Origin: an uncultured Candidatus Rokubacteria bacterium
GTDB lineage: Bacteria > Methylomirabilota > Methylomirabilia > Rokubacteriales > DASRDR01
Assembly (NCBI GenBank): GCA_963708025.1
Contig: CAVPSB010000012.1
Span: 1-64,000 of the forward strand
DNA: 64,000 bases
Direction: 5' to 3'
Shown here in pieces: positions 20,191 to 29,619 of the stretch. Under the pieces are notes generated by a model. The model worked only from the letters and a program-made list of their open reading frames with translations. It made no database searches and was not told where the DNA came from. Numbering within the stretch: the stretch's first letter is position 1; every line of letters starts with the position of its first letter. The position numbers and the translations under genes are program-made.

Positions 20191-21972
20191 TCACCAGAGC
20201 GGGCCGCGGGGGGTGACCACGGGGAGCGGGTCGGGGGTGGGCATGGCGGCCCGGGCCGCGCGGGTGGCGGCCTCGTCCACCGTCATGGCCGTCGGGTCGA
20301 TGACGACCCCGTAGTCGCGTCGGGCGCCCTCGATCGAGACGTAGTCCTCGAGCACGTCGCGCAGCACGGCTTGCGGGTCCCGCTCCGCCGGCGGGCCGTA
20401 GCCCCCGGCGCCAGGCTGCTGGAACGACACCACGTCGCCGTGCTCGAAGGTGTCGGAGGCCTTCGAGTGAACGCGCCGCTCGCCCGGCGTGCCGGGGTTG
20501 AGCAGCGTGACCCCCGGCTGCCCGGGCTGGCCGCCGAAGAGGCCCCACGGGGCGAAGCGCTGTCGCTCGGTGTTGTTGGTGAGCTTGCCGCCCTCGAGGA
20601 AGAGCCGGAGGTCCCGCCGGATGCCGGTCCCGCCCCGGAAGCGGCCGGCCCCGGCCGAGTCGCGGATCAGCTCGAAGCGGTCGATGAGGACCGGCTGGTT
20701 CGCCTCCTGGGACTCCACCGGGATGTTCGAGGCGTTGAAGGCCATCGACATCGCCTCGCAGCCGTCCCGGTCGGGGCGGGCGGCGGTGCCGGACAGCACC
20801 AGCTCGTAGACCACCGTCCGCCGGCGGCGCCGCGGGTCGAAGCCGCCGAACGTCGGGTTGGCGAAGTGCGAGCCGGCGGCGGTGACGCGGTCGGGCAGGG
20901 CGGGGGCGAGCGCCCCGATGACGGCGTCGAAGAGCCGGTAGCAGAACACGGCCCGGGGCCCGCCCCCGGCCGGCGGGCGGGGGTTCAGGAACGAGCCGAG
21001 CGGCGCCTCGATCCGGACCGCGCGGAACGCGCCGTCGTTCTGGGGCCCGGCGGGATCGGTGAGGCACTTCACCGCCGCGTAGCAGTACGAGCGCGTGTAG
21101 TTGATGTAGGAGTTCATCCCCGATTCGGTCTGGGGGCCGGTGCCGTCGAAGTCGATCAGGATCTCGTCGCCGCGGACGGTGACGGTGACGCGGAGCCTCA
21201 TCGGCGGAGTGCCCGGGCCGTAGTCGTCCATGAAATCCTCGAACGGGTAGGCGCCGTCCGGGATGGCGCGGATCGCCTCGCGGACCTTGGCCTCCGTCCG
21301 GTCCATGATCTCCACCATCGCCGCCTGGACCGTCTCGTAGCCGTAGCGCTGCGCCAGCTCCTGGAGCCGGAGCTCGCCGACTCGCAGCGAGTTCCGCTGG
21401 GCGCGCAGGTCGCCGAGCATCGAGTCGGGCATGCGGGTGTTCCCCAGGATGATGGCCAGGATCCCTTCCTGCTCCTCACCGCCCCGCCAGATCTTGACCG
21501 GCGGGATGTGGAGGCCCTCCTGGAAGAAGTCCGAGACGCCCTCGACCGCCTGGCTCCCCGGCCGCATGCCGCCGACATCGGTGTGGTGGAGGATGTTCGC
21601 GCCGAAGCCGATGAGGCGGCGGCCCTCCCCCTCCCGATCGAACGCCGGCTGGATCATGAAGAAGTCGGGGAAGTGGCCGGAGCCGAGATGCGGGCTGTTG
21701 AACAGGACGACGTCCCCCGGGTGGAGGGCGTCACCCGGAAACGCCGCGATGGCGTTCTTCGCGGCGAACGACATGGCGCCCATGTGGCCCGGGCTGTAGG
21801 GGCCCTGGGCGACCATCCGGCCGGCCGGGTCGAAGAGGCAGACCGAGAAGTCCTGGCCCTCGCGCGCCTGCTGGGAGTGCGCGGTGCGGTGGACGGTCGT
21901 GCCGACCTCCACCGTGATGGACTGCAGCGCCCCCCAGACGACGCCCAGGGTGATGGGATCGACCCGATTCAT
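20191..21972 (-). CDS. Hydantoinase B / oxoprolinase family protein
   Basis: REGQDFS, GHFPD, HHTDVGG, FQEGL, DSAGAGRFRGG and PGAGGYG. Confidence 0.92.
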   Translation of the reverse strand: MNRVDPITLGVVWGALQSITVEVGTTVHRTAHSQQAREGQDFSVCLFDPAGRMVAQGPYSPGHMGAMSFAAKNAIAAFPGDALHPGDVVLFNSPHLGSGHFPDFFMIQPAFDREGEGRRLIGFGANILHHTDVGGMRPGSQAVEGVSDFFQEGLHIPPVKIWRGGEEQEGILAIILGNTRMPDSMLGDLRAQRNSLRVGELRLQELAQRYGYETVQAAMVEIMDRTEAKVREAIRAIPDGAYPFEDFMDDYGPGTPPMRLRVTVTVRGDEILIDFDGTGPQTESGMNSYINYTRSYCYAAVKCLTDPAGPQNDGAFRAVRIEAPLGSFLNPRPPAGGGPRAVFCYRLFDAVIGALAPALPDRVTAAGSHFANPTFGGFDPRRRRRTVVYELVLSGTAARPDRDGCEAMSMAFNASNIPVESQEANQPVLIDRFELIRDSAGAGRFRGGTGIRRDLRLFLEGGKLTNNTERQRFAPWGLFGGQPGQPGVTLLNPGTPGERRVHSKASDTFEHGDVVSFQQPGAGGYGPPAERDPQAVLRDVLEDYVSIEGARRDYGVVIDPTAMTVDEAATRAARAAMPTPDPLPVVTPRGPLW

Positions 21973-21986
21973 CGGCCTCGACCGCT

Positions 21987-22085
21987 TCTCCCTCTCCCTT
22001 CCAGGGAGAGGGTAGGGGTGAGGGTTCCGCAGCTCACCGACGACCCCCCTCACCCTGTCCCTCTCCTCCAGGGGGGGAGAGGGAA
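21987..22085. repeat. Two inverted copies of a CCCTCACCCTxxCCCTCTCC...GGAGAGGG palindromic (BoxC-like) repeat
   Basis: GGGAGAGGGTAGGGGTGAGGG near 22004-22024 and CCCCTCACCCTGTCCCTCTCC...GGAGAGGG at 22046-22083; the second overlaps the 3' end of hydantoinase A. Confidence 0.75.
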
Positions 22086-24160
22086 GAGGAATCGAATGTC
22101 ACCAGCAGGTTCGCCCAGGTATCCACCTCGGCGGTCGCGCCCGGCGGCAGCACCGTGGTGGACTCCGCCTCCTCCACGACCGCCGGCCCGGCGACGCGAG
22201 CGCCGACCGGTAGCCGGATCCGGTCGTAGATCGGGCACGCGACGTAGCCGTGGAGCTCCGGGAAGTAGACGGGCCGGTCCACCTTGCGAGCCTCCGCGAT
22301 GTCCCGCGTGCCCGGGCGATGCGTGGGCAGCCGGACTTCCGGCCCGGCGCCGATCACGGTGGCGCCGACCGTGACCAGCTCCACCTCGGCCTTCGGGTCG
22401 GCGTAGCCGTACCGGTGGGCGTAGACGGCGTGGAAGGCGTCGCGCAGCGCCGAGGCGATCCCGTCGCCGACCGCCCCCTCGGGAAGGGTCACGGTCAGCT
22501 CGTACCCCTGGCCCGCGTAGCGGAGATCGGCGGTCCGCACGACCGTCAGCGGCCCCGTCACGCCCGCCTCCCGGATCACATCCGTCCCCGTCGCCGTCAT
22601 CTCGTCGAGGATCCGCCGGAGGTGGCCCGGGTCCACCGCGCCGAGCCGCGCCACGTACGACCGGGAGAGGTCGAACTTGACCTCGGCGGCGAGGAGCCCG
22701 ATTGCCGAGGTGACGCCGGCGGCGGCGGGGAGCACGACGCGCGGGATGCGGAGGGCCCGGGCCAGCCGGCAGCCGTGCACCGGACCCGAGCCGCCGAAGG
22801 CGGCGAAGGCCAGCCGCCGCGGGTCGTAGCCGCGCTCGATCGAGACGACCCGGGTGGCCAGCTCCATGTTGGTGTTCACGATCTGGTGGGTGCCCCAGGC
22901 CGCCTCGGCCACCGAGAGCCCGAGCGGGCGGGCGACCTGCGCCTCGATCCCGCGTCGGGCGGCCTCGACGTCCAGCCGCATGCGGCCGCCCAGGAAGTAG
23001 TCGGGGTTGAGGTAGCCGAGCACGGCGTTGGCGTCGGTGACGGTCGGCTCGCGGCCGCCCAGGCCGTAGCAGATCGGCCCCGGGTCGGCGCCGGCCGAGT
23101 CGGGGCCGACCGTGATGACGCCCATCGCGACCCGGGCGATCGAGCCGCCGCCGGCCCCGATCTCGACCAGATCGATCGCCTGGATGTTCATGGGGATCCC
23201 GCTTCCCGGCTGGAGACGGACCCGGTGCAGCTCGAACTCGCGGATGGTCTGCGGCCGGCCGTCGATGACGAGCGAGAGCTTGGCGGTCGTCCCTCCCATG
23301 TCGAACGCCACCAGGTCGGGGTGGCCGGTCAGCTTCCCGTAGGCCGCCGCCATCAGCGCGCCGGCCGCCGGCCCCGACTCGATCATCCGGACCGGGAAGC
23401 GGACCATCGTCTCCGCGGTCGCGATGCCCCCACCGGACTGCATGACGAAGAGCCGCCCGCGGTAGCCACCGCCGGGCATGTCGGCCAGCGCGCGCTCCAG
23501 CCGCTCCAGGTAATCGCGCACCGCCGTCATGACGTAGGCGTTGACGACGGTCGTCGACGTGCGCTCGTACTCCCGGAGGACGGGGGAGACGTCGGAGGAG
23601 AGGCTGACCGCGATGTCGGGCGCCTCCTCGCGGACGATCTCGGCCGCCCGCCGCTCGTGGGCCGGGTTCGCGTACGCGTGGAGGAAGCAGACGGCGAGGG
23701 ACACGACCCCTTCCTTGGCCAGCCCCCGCACGGTCGCCCGCAGCTCCGCCTCGTCCAGCGGCGTCAGGACCTCGCCGTCGAAGGCGATCCGCTCGGTCAC
23801 CTCGCGGATCCGCGAGCGCGGCACCAGCGGCGCCGGCTTCTCGATGAAGAGGTCGTAGAGCTGGTAGCGCTTCTCGCGCCCGATGATCAGGACGTCTCGG
23901 AAGCCCCGGGTGGTGAGGAGCGCGACGCCCTTCCCCTTGCGCTCGATGACGACGTTGGAGCCGAGCGTCGTCCCGTGAATGGCCTGGGCCAGGTCGGCCC
24001 AGCCGAGCCCGGCGCCCGCCACCAGCTCCCGGAGCCCCTCCAGGCAGGCCCGGGCCGGGTCGTGGGGAGTGGTGAGGCGCTTGCCGGTCAGGAGGCTGCC
24101 GTCGTCCGCCTGCAGGGCGAAATCGGTGAAGGTCCCGCCGACGTCGAAGCCGACCCTCAT
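22034..24160 (-). CDS. Hydantoinase A / oxoprolinase family protein
   Basis: DVGGTFTD, EYERTSTTVVNAY, ESGPAAG, DMGGTT, IGAGGGS and SAGADPGP. Confidence 0.94.
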   Translation of the reverse strand: MRVGFDVGGTFTDFALQADDGSLLTGKRLTTPHDPARACLEGLRELVAGAGLGWADLAQAIHGTTLGSNVVIERKGKGVALLTTRGFRDVLIIGREKRYQLYDLFIEKPAPLVPRSRIREVTERIAFDGEVLTPLDEAELRATVRGLAKEGVVSLAVCFLHAYANPAHERRAAEIVREEAPDIAVSLSSDVSPVLREYERTSTTVVNAYVMTAVRDYLERLERALADMPGGGYRGRLFVMQSGGGIATAETMVRFPVRMIESGPAAGALMAAAYGKLTGHPDLVAFDMGGTTAKLSLVIDGRPQTIREFELHRVRLQPGSGIPMNIQAIDLVEIGAGGGSIARVAMGVITVGPDSAGADPGPICYGLGGREPTVTDANAVLGYLNPDYFLGGRMRLDVEAARRGIEAQVARPLGLSVAEAAWGTHQIVNTNMELATRVVSIERGYDPRRLAFAAFGGSGPVHGCRLARALRIPRVVLPAAAGVTSAIGLLAAEVKFDLSRSYVARLGAVDPGHLRRILDEMTATGTDVIREAGVTGPLTVVRTADLRYAGQGYELTVTLPEGAVGDGIASALRDAFHAVYAHRYGYADPKAEVELVTVGATVIGAGPEVRLPTHRPGTRDIAEARKVDRPVYFPELHGYVACPIYDRIRLPVGARVAGPAVVEEAESTTVLPPGATAEVDTWANLLVTFDSSSLSPPGGEGQGEGGRR

Positions 24161-24240
24161 GGGGTCAGGCCTTTCAATCTTGACGATGCGAGACCGTCAC
24201 CCCGAATTCGCAAGATTGTAAGATTGAAAGGCCTGACCCC
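24161..24240. repeat. 80-bp element with perfect 21-bp terminal inverted repeats (REP/MITE-like)
   Basis: GGGGTCAGGCCTTTCAATCTT ... AAGATTGAAAGGCCTGACCCC; half copy at 52597-52616. Confidence 0.88.
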
Positions 24241-25440
24241 CTACCGTGGGTAGACGTGCTTGCCCGAGGCGATCTCGGCCGGCCAGAGCGTCACGTACTT
24301 GCCGTCCTGGATCTGGGTCGGGAAGGCGTTCAGGGTCCCCTGGCCGGTCGCCGGGTCGAAGCGGAGCCGCCCGCCGATCGTCTCGATGTCGAGGCTCCGG
24401 ATCGCGGCCATCAGCTTGTCGCGGTCGAGCGTCCCCGCCTTCTCCAGCCCGGCTACCAGCGCCTCGAAGCCGAAGTAGTGGATCCCCGACCACGGGTAGT
24501 CCTCGATCTTGACGCCGAGCTTCTGGATGAGCTCCTCGAAGGGCTTCGGGTTCCCGGCCTTCACCCCCGGCATCCAGTACGCCTCCCCGGTCACCAGGTT
24601 CGCGTTCTTGATCCCCACCGCCCCGTAGAAGGCGACGCCGTGGTGGATGATGTGGAACTCCCGGGGGTTCAGGCCCTGCTCGAGGGCCTGCTTGAAGAAG
24701 GTCACCTCCCGGGGCGGGAAGGCCGCCATGTAGACGATGTCCGGGTTGGCGGCCTTCAGCTTGGTGATGATCGGGGTGAAGTCCTGGGTGGCGACCGGGA
24801 AGTACTCCTCGACCTTCACCTCGAGGCCGATCTCCTTCGCCTTCGGGATCGAGCCCGAGCCGACCTCCTTGGGATGCGGCGTGTCCTCGATGACGAAGCC
24901 GATCGACTTGGCCTTCCCCTCGGCCTTCAGCATGTCGAAGTAGTGATACGACCACTTGGTGCCGTCGTCGATGACGCCGACCAGCCACTTGAATCCGCGC
25001 TTGAAGATGCCGGTCGAGTTGGCCTCCAGGGCGATCATCGGGACCTGGTGCTTCTCGGCCACCGTGGAGGCGGCCACCGTGATCGGCGAGGAGTAGGGGC
25101 CGAGGAGGACGTGCACCTTGTCCTCGGTCACCAGCTTCTCATACAGGCGCACCGCGTCGGGGGGCTTGGAGGTGTCGTCGTACACCACCATCTTGATGGG
25201 CAGCTTCTTGCCGTACTCCTTCAGCATCACGCCACCCTGGGCGTTGATGGTTTCCGCCCACAGCTCCATCATCTTCTTGAAGTGGCCGACTTCCGCCGAC
25301 GCCGGCCCGGTCACGGCGACGGTGGCGCCCACGCGGATCTCGGTCGGCGCCTGGGCTGTCGCGTCGGTGGCGGGGCCGAGCAGCGCGGCCCCGACGAGGA
25401 GGACGGCGATGAGGACGGGCGCGACGCTCCGGTAGTGCAT
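24241..25440 (-). CDS. Amino-acid ABC substrate-binding protein (LivK/LivJ-like)
   Basis: Signal peptide, INAQGG, YDDTS, LLGPYSS and QDFTPIITKLKAANPD. Confidence 0.92.
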   Translation of the reverse strand: MHYRSVAPVLIAVLLVGAALLGPATDATAQAPTEIRVGATVAVTGPASAEVGHFKKMMELWAETINAQGGVMLKEYGKKLPIKMVVYDDTSKPPDAVRLYEKLVTEDKVHVLLGPYSSPITVAASTVAEKHQVPMIALEANSTGIFKRGFKWLVGVIDDGTKWSYHYFDMLKAEGKAKSIGFVIEDTPHPKEVGSGSIPKAKEIGLEVKVEEYFPVATQDFTPIITKLKAANPDIVYMAAFPPREVTFFKQALEQGLNPREFHIIHHGVAFYGAVGIKNANLVTGEAYWMPGVKAGNPKPFEELIQKLGVKIEDYPWSGIHYFGFEALVAGLEKAGTLDRDKLMAAIRSLDIETIGGRLRFDPATGQGTLNAFPTQIQDGKYVTLWPAEIASGKHVYPR

Positions 25441-25543
25441 GAGGGTCCTCCGTGCTCGGGAAGTGTCGGTCAGAACAGCTGAAACCGTGGCCTCACTCTA
25501 AGGGAATCGCCCGGGGGAATCAAGGGTTCCCCCGGGGCGTCGC

Positions 25544-25957
25544 TCAAACGTGGAGGACCGGGATCCGCAGCGCCTCGGCGAGGAGACCGAAGTCCACGCG
25601 ATCCGCGGTGACGATCGTGGCTCCATGGCGGCGAGCGGTCAGGGCGATCAGGGTATCGTTCTGGAAATCTCGCCGCTTGGACGTCTCCCATCCCTGGGCA
25701 TCGCCGATCTTTCGGATCAAGTCTCCTGCCTCCCACCAATCCGCGGCGTGCGGCTCCCACAGGACCGCGGCCAGCCGAAGGAGGGTGTTCACGAGCCGCT
25801 GAGCCTCCCGGGTCCTGGCTCCCCGGCGCAGTTCCGACAGCACGACCGCCGAGTGTCGGACGACGAAGGCGTCCTGCACCGCGGTCAATGCCTCATCATG
25901 GAGGCCGCGCTCCCAGTGACCGATGTAGACACTGGTGTCCAGAATGGCCCAGGGCAT
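25544..25957 (-). CDS. vapC: PIN-domain VapC toxin
   Basis: ILDTSVYI, VVLSEL, NDTLIALTA and VTADRVDF. Confidence 0.9.
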   Translation of the reverse strand: MPWAILDTSVYIGHWERGLHDEALTAVQDAFVVRHSAVVLSELRRGARTREAQRLVNTLLRLAAVLWEPHAADWWEAGDLIRKIGDAQGWETSKRRDFQNDTLIALTARRHGATIVTADRVDFGLLAEALRIPVLHV

Positions 25958-25958
25958 C

Positions 25959-26162
25959 CTACGGAGCCTTGAGACTTCCCGGCCTGAGCGTTCCGCGCGT
26001 CCGCTTCATGAACTGCCAGAACGCTTCCATCTCGGCGATTCGCTCCACGGACATCCGGATGACTTCGGCGTCCGTCGTGACGCCCAGGGCCTTCTTCGCC
26101 CGACGGAGCGCCCCTTCATCCACGAAGAACGACTTGCGCTTCAAGACCGCCGACCTCGGCAT
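25959..26162 (-). CDS. VapB-type antitoxin
   Basis: GGAGGT SD; KRKSFFVDEGALRRAKKALGVTTDAEVIR; immediately upstream of the PIN toxin. Confidence 0.82.
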   Translation of the reverse strand: MPRSAVLKRKSFFVDEGALRRAKKALGVTTDAEVIRMSVERIAEMEAFWQFMKRTRGTLRPGSLKAP

Positions 26163-26240
26163 GCTACCTCCAATGCTCAGACCATGTGCATACATGATAC
26201 CGCGATCAGGCATACCAACTCAAAGAATGGAGCCTGGCGA

Positions 26241-27434
26241 TCAGGAGGCCGGGGACGCGAGCATGATGGCCCCGGCGGCGGCGAGGCGGTCGATCTCGGC
26301 CGGCGTCAGCCCCAGCTCGGCCAGCACCTCGGCGGTGTGCTCGCCCGGCAGGGGGGCCGGCCGCCGGATCGCCGCCGGCGTCGCCGAGGCGCGGAAGGGG
26401 AAGCCGAGCGTGCGCACGCGGCCGTACCCGGGCTGCTCCAGCTCGGCGACGAGGCCGAGGTGGCGCACCTGCGGGTCGGCGAGGACCTCGTCGAACTCGT
26501 AGAGCGGCCCGGCGGCGATCGAGGCCGCCTCGAAGCGGGCGACCCACTCGGCCGTGGGCGCCTTCCCCAGGGCGGCCTCGATCCGGGACACCAGCTCCGC
26601 GCGGTTCGCCAGGCGCGACTCGTTGGTCGCGAAGCGCGGCTCGGTGCGGAGCAGCTCGTCCCCGAGGACGCCGCAGAACCGGCCCCACTGGTCGGGGTTC
26701 ATCAGGACGACGGTGAGGTAGCCGTCGGCGGTGCGGTAGGTCTCGGCCGGCGTCAGATTCGGGTTCCGGTTGCCTTCACGCCCGGGGCGGACCCCCGAGG
26801 CGAAGTAGTGGGCGACGGGGTCCGGCAGGAGCCCGAGGGTCGAGGCCAGGAGGCTCACGTCGAGGTGCTGGCCCTCCCCGGTCCGGAAGCGGTGGACGAG
26901 CGCCGCGTTGACCGCGCCGAAGGCGACGAAGGCGGCCGCCACGTCGGCCACGGAGCCGCCGACCTTGGTCGGCGGGTGTCCGGGCATCCCGGTGATCGCC
27001 ATGATGCCGCTCATCCCCTGGGCGATCGAGTTGTAGCCGGGCCGCCGCGCGTACGGGCCGGTCTGGCCGAACCCGGTGACGGAGAGGTACACCACCGGGG
27101 GATTCGCGGCCCGGACGGCCGGGTAGCCGAGGCCCAGCTTGTCGGCCACGCCGGGCAGGAAGTTCTCGACGACCACGTCGGCGCGGCGCGCCAGCTCGAA
27201 GGCGAGCTTCGCGCCCTCGGGATGCCCGAGCTCCACCGCGATGCCGCGCTTGTTCCGGTTCACCCCGGCGAAGACGGCGCCCATGCGGCCATCGCCCCGG
27301 AGCGCTCGGAGATCGTCGCCGCGCCCGGGGCGCTCGAGCTTCACCACGTCGGCGCCGAGATCGGCGAGGAGCATCGCACAGTACGGGCCGGCGATGACGC
27401 GGGACAGGTCGAGGACGCGGATGCCCTGGAGAAT
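26241..27434 (-). CDS. Class III CoA transferase (CaiB/BaiF); start uncertain
   Basis: LQGIRVLDLSRVIAGPYCAMLLADLGADVVKLE, NRNKR, ENFLPG and GFGQTGPY. Confidence 0.92.
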   Translation of the reverse strand: MLQGIRVLDLSRVIAGPYCAMLLADLGADVVKLERPGRGDDLRALRGDGRMGAVFAGVNRNKRGIAVELGHPEGAKLAFELARRADVVVENFLPGVADKLGLGYPAVRAANPPVVYLSVTGFGQTGPYARRPGYNSIAQGMSGIMAITGMPGHPPTKVGGSVADVAAAFVAFGAVNAALVHRFRTGEGQHLDVSLLASTLGLLPDPVAHYFASGVRPGREGNRNPNLTPAETYRTADGYLTVVLMNPDQWGRFCGVLGDELLRTEPRFATNESRLANRAELVSRIEAALGKAPTAEWVARFEAASIAAGPLYEFDEVLADPQVRHLGLVAELEQPGYGRVRTLGFPFRASATPAAIRRPAPLPGEHTAEVLAELGLTPAEIDRLAAAGAIMLASPAS

Positions 27435-27435
27435 T

Positions 27436-27548
27436 GTTCGGGACCTCCCTCAACCGATGTTTGGGTCCTCCCTCAACCCCCCCAGACCCCCCTTCCCCAC
27501 CGTTTGACGGCCTTCGGCCTTTGGCGGGGGAAGGGGGGAGTCGGAGGG
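27436..27548 (-). repeat. Copy of the C/G-rich palindromic element with cassette and a duplicated SD-containing tail
   Basis: Reverse complement matches 5205-5297. Confidence 0.82.
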
Positions 27549-27607
27549 TGAGGTGGAGGTGTGGGGCAGGGGTGGGGAAGACGGCGGGCGTCCTTCGGTC
27601 ACGCCGC

Positions 27608-28333
27608 TCACTCGTGGTCGAGGAAGCCCTCGGTCATCGCGTTGACCTCCGGGATGCCGGTCCGGGCGATCGCGTTGATCCGGGCCTTGACCTCGGCCAG
27701 CGGCCGGAAGGGCTTCGCGGAGAGCCGCGCGGCATACTCCCGCACCGCCTGCTCCAGCCCGGCGCCGGGGAGGACCCGGTGGACGAGCCCCAGCGCCTGG
27801 GCCTCGGTCGCCGGGTAGCGCCGGCCCTCCATGATGATCTCCTTGGTGCGAGCCGGGCCGACCAGTCGCACGAACCGGGTGGTGGAGGCGACGCCGAGGG
27901 GGACGCCGAGATCCACCTCGGGGATCCAGAGCTGGGCCTCCTCGGCCGCCCAGCGGAAGTCGCAGGCCAGGGTCAGCCCCCATCCCCCACCGACGGCGTG
28001 GCCGTTGATCATGGCGATGGTCGCCTGCTCGAGGCTCTCCAGGAGCCCGTTGGCGCGCTCGAAGAGGCGGCGGAACTGGCTCTTGCGCTCGGCGAAGACC
28101 CGCCGTCGCTCCTCGGCCGACATGCGGCTGGTGAGGGGCGCGTCGGCGCCGGCCGAGAAGACCGGGGGCGCGCCGGTGACGATGACGACGCGGGTCGTCG
28201 CGTCGTCCCGCAGCTCGGCGAACGCCGCGGCCAGCTCGGTCAGCATGGCGTCGCTGAGCGAGTTGCGACGCTCCGGCCGGTCGAGGGTCACCGTCGCGAT
28301 CCGGCCGTCGCGGGCGAGCCTGACGTTGTCTAT
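27608..28333 (-). CDS. Enoyl-CoA hydratase/isomerase family protein; start uncertain
   Basis: TLDRPERRNSL, FSAGAD, INGHAVGGG and PEVDLG. Confidence 0.9.
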   Translation of the reverse strand: MDNVRLARDGRIATVTLDRPERRNSLSDAMLTELAAAFAELRDDATTRVVIVTGAPPVFSAGADAPLTSRMSAEERRRVFAERKSQFRRLFERANGLLESLEQATIAMINGHAVGGGWGLTLACDFRWAAEEAQLWIPEVDLGVPLGVASTTRFVRLVGPARTKEIIMEGRRYPATEAQALGLVHRVLPGAGLEQAVREYAARLSAKPFRPLAEVKARINAIARTGIPEVNAMTEGFLDHE

Positions 28334-28402
28334 TGGGGACCTCCCTCCTACCCCCCCAGCCCCCCTCCCCCACCCACTGGGGGGAGGGGGGTGCCGGAGG
28401 AG
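28333..28402 (-). repeat. Copy of the C/G-rich palindromic element
   Basis: Minus strand CCCCCCTCCCCCCAGTGGGTGGGGGAGGGGGGCTGGGGGGGTAGGAGGGAGGTCCC. Confidence 0.85.
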
Positions 28403-28426
28403 GCCATTTCCGAGCGAGTTCTCGGA

Positions 28427-28717
28427 TCAGGCGACGCCTTCGACCAGGATGATGCTCCCCCGGGCAGTCCGCTGCCGGAGGGCCTTCAGCTCGCGATAGT
28501 CCTCCGAGTGATACCACTGCTTGGCCTGCGCCACGCTCGGGAACTCGAGGACGGCGACCCGCTTCGGCGTCCAGGCGCCCTCGATGGTCTCCAGCGTGCC
28601 CCCGCGCACCAGGTACCGGCCGCCGTACCGCTCGATGGTCGCCGGCACCCGCTTCCGGTAGTCCTCGAAGCCGGCGGGATCCGCGATGTCGATCTCGACG
28701 ATGAAGTAGGCTGCCAT
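28427..28717 (-). CDS. DUF1330 family protein
   Basis: YGGRYLVRGG, LEFPS and WYHSEDY. Confidence 0.9.
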   Translation of the reverse strand: MAAYFIVEIDIADPAGFEDYRKRVPATIERYGGRYLVRGGTLETIEGAWTPKRVAVLEFPSVAQAKQWYHSEDYRELKALRQRTARGSIILVEGVA

Positions 28718-28816
28718 CGGTCCTCCACGTTGGAGTCTCGCCACATCGGGCGGTGCCGCGAGCTTAGCGCCCGGTAGGGCGCGGGGTCAACCGACCCATG
28801 CTACACTCGCGCGGTC

Positions 28817-29603
28817 ATGCCGGTCCGATTCGACGCGCAGGCCGCGGCCCGGCTCGAGCGGATGTACGCCGCGCCGGAGATCGTCGAGCAGCGGGCGCGG
28901 ACCCGGGCGGCGCTCCGCGCCCGGCCGGGGGAGCGCGGGCTCGACGTCGGCTGCGGCCCGGGCTTCCTGGCCTGCGAGCTGGCGAGCGAGGTCGGACCGA
29001 CCGGTCGCATCGTGGCGATCGACGCCAGCCCCGAGATGCTGGAGGCGGCCCGGGCCCGGGTCGCCCGCGAGGGCCTGGCCGATCGCGTCGAGCTGGCCGC
29101 GGGCGACGCGGCCCGGCTCCACGTTCCCGAGCGGCGCCTTCGACTTCGTGGTCGCCGTGCAGGTCTATCTCTACGTTCCCGGCGTCGAGCAGGCCCTGGC
29201 CGAGGCGGCGCGCGTCCTCCGCCCCGGGGGCCGGCTGGTGGTCGTGGACACCGACTGGGACTCCTGCGTGTGGCTGACGGCCGACCGCCAGCGTCACCGG
29301 CGGGTGATGGAGGCGCACGCGGGCCGGTTCGTCCACGCGCACCTGCCGCCGAGATTGCCGGGGCTCCTGCGCACGGCTGGTCTCACGCCGACCGAGGTCG
29401 CGGCGATCCCTGTCGTCAACCTCCGTTACGAGGCCGGCTCGTTCAGCGTGGGGATCATCGGCTCGACCCGGGACTGGGCGATCCAGCAGGGCATCCCGCG
29501 CGAGGAGGCCGAGGCGTGGGAGGCGGATCTCCGGGGACGGACCGCCGACGGGGACTACTTCTTCAGCGTGAACCGCTACCTGTTCGTCGCGACGAAACCC
29601 TGA
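28817..29603 (+). CDS. SAM-dependent methyltransferase, frameshift near 29125
   Basis: LDVGCGPG motif I, followed by RVLRPGGRLVVVDTDWDS in a shifted frame. Confidence 0.88.
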
Positions 29604-29619
29604 TATTCGGGCGAGGCAT

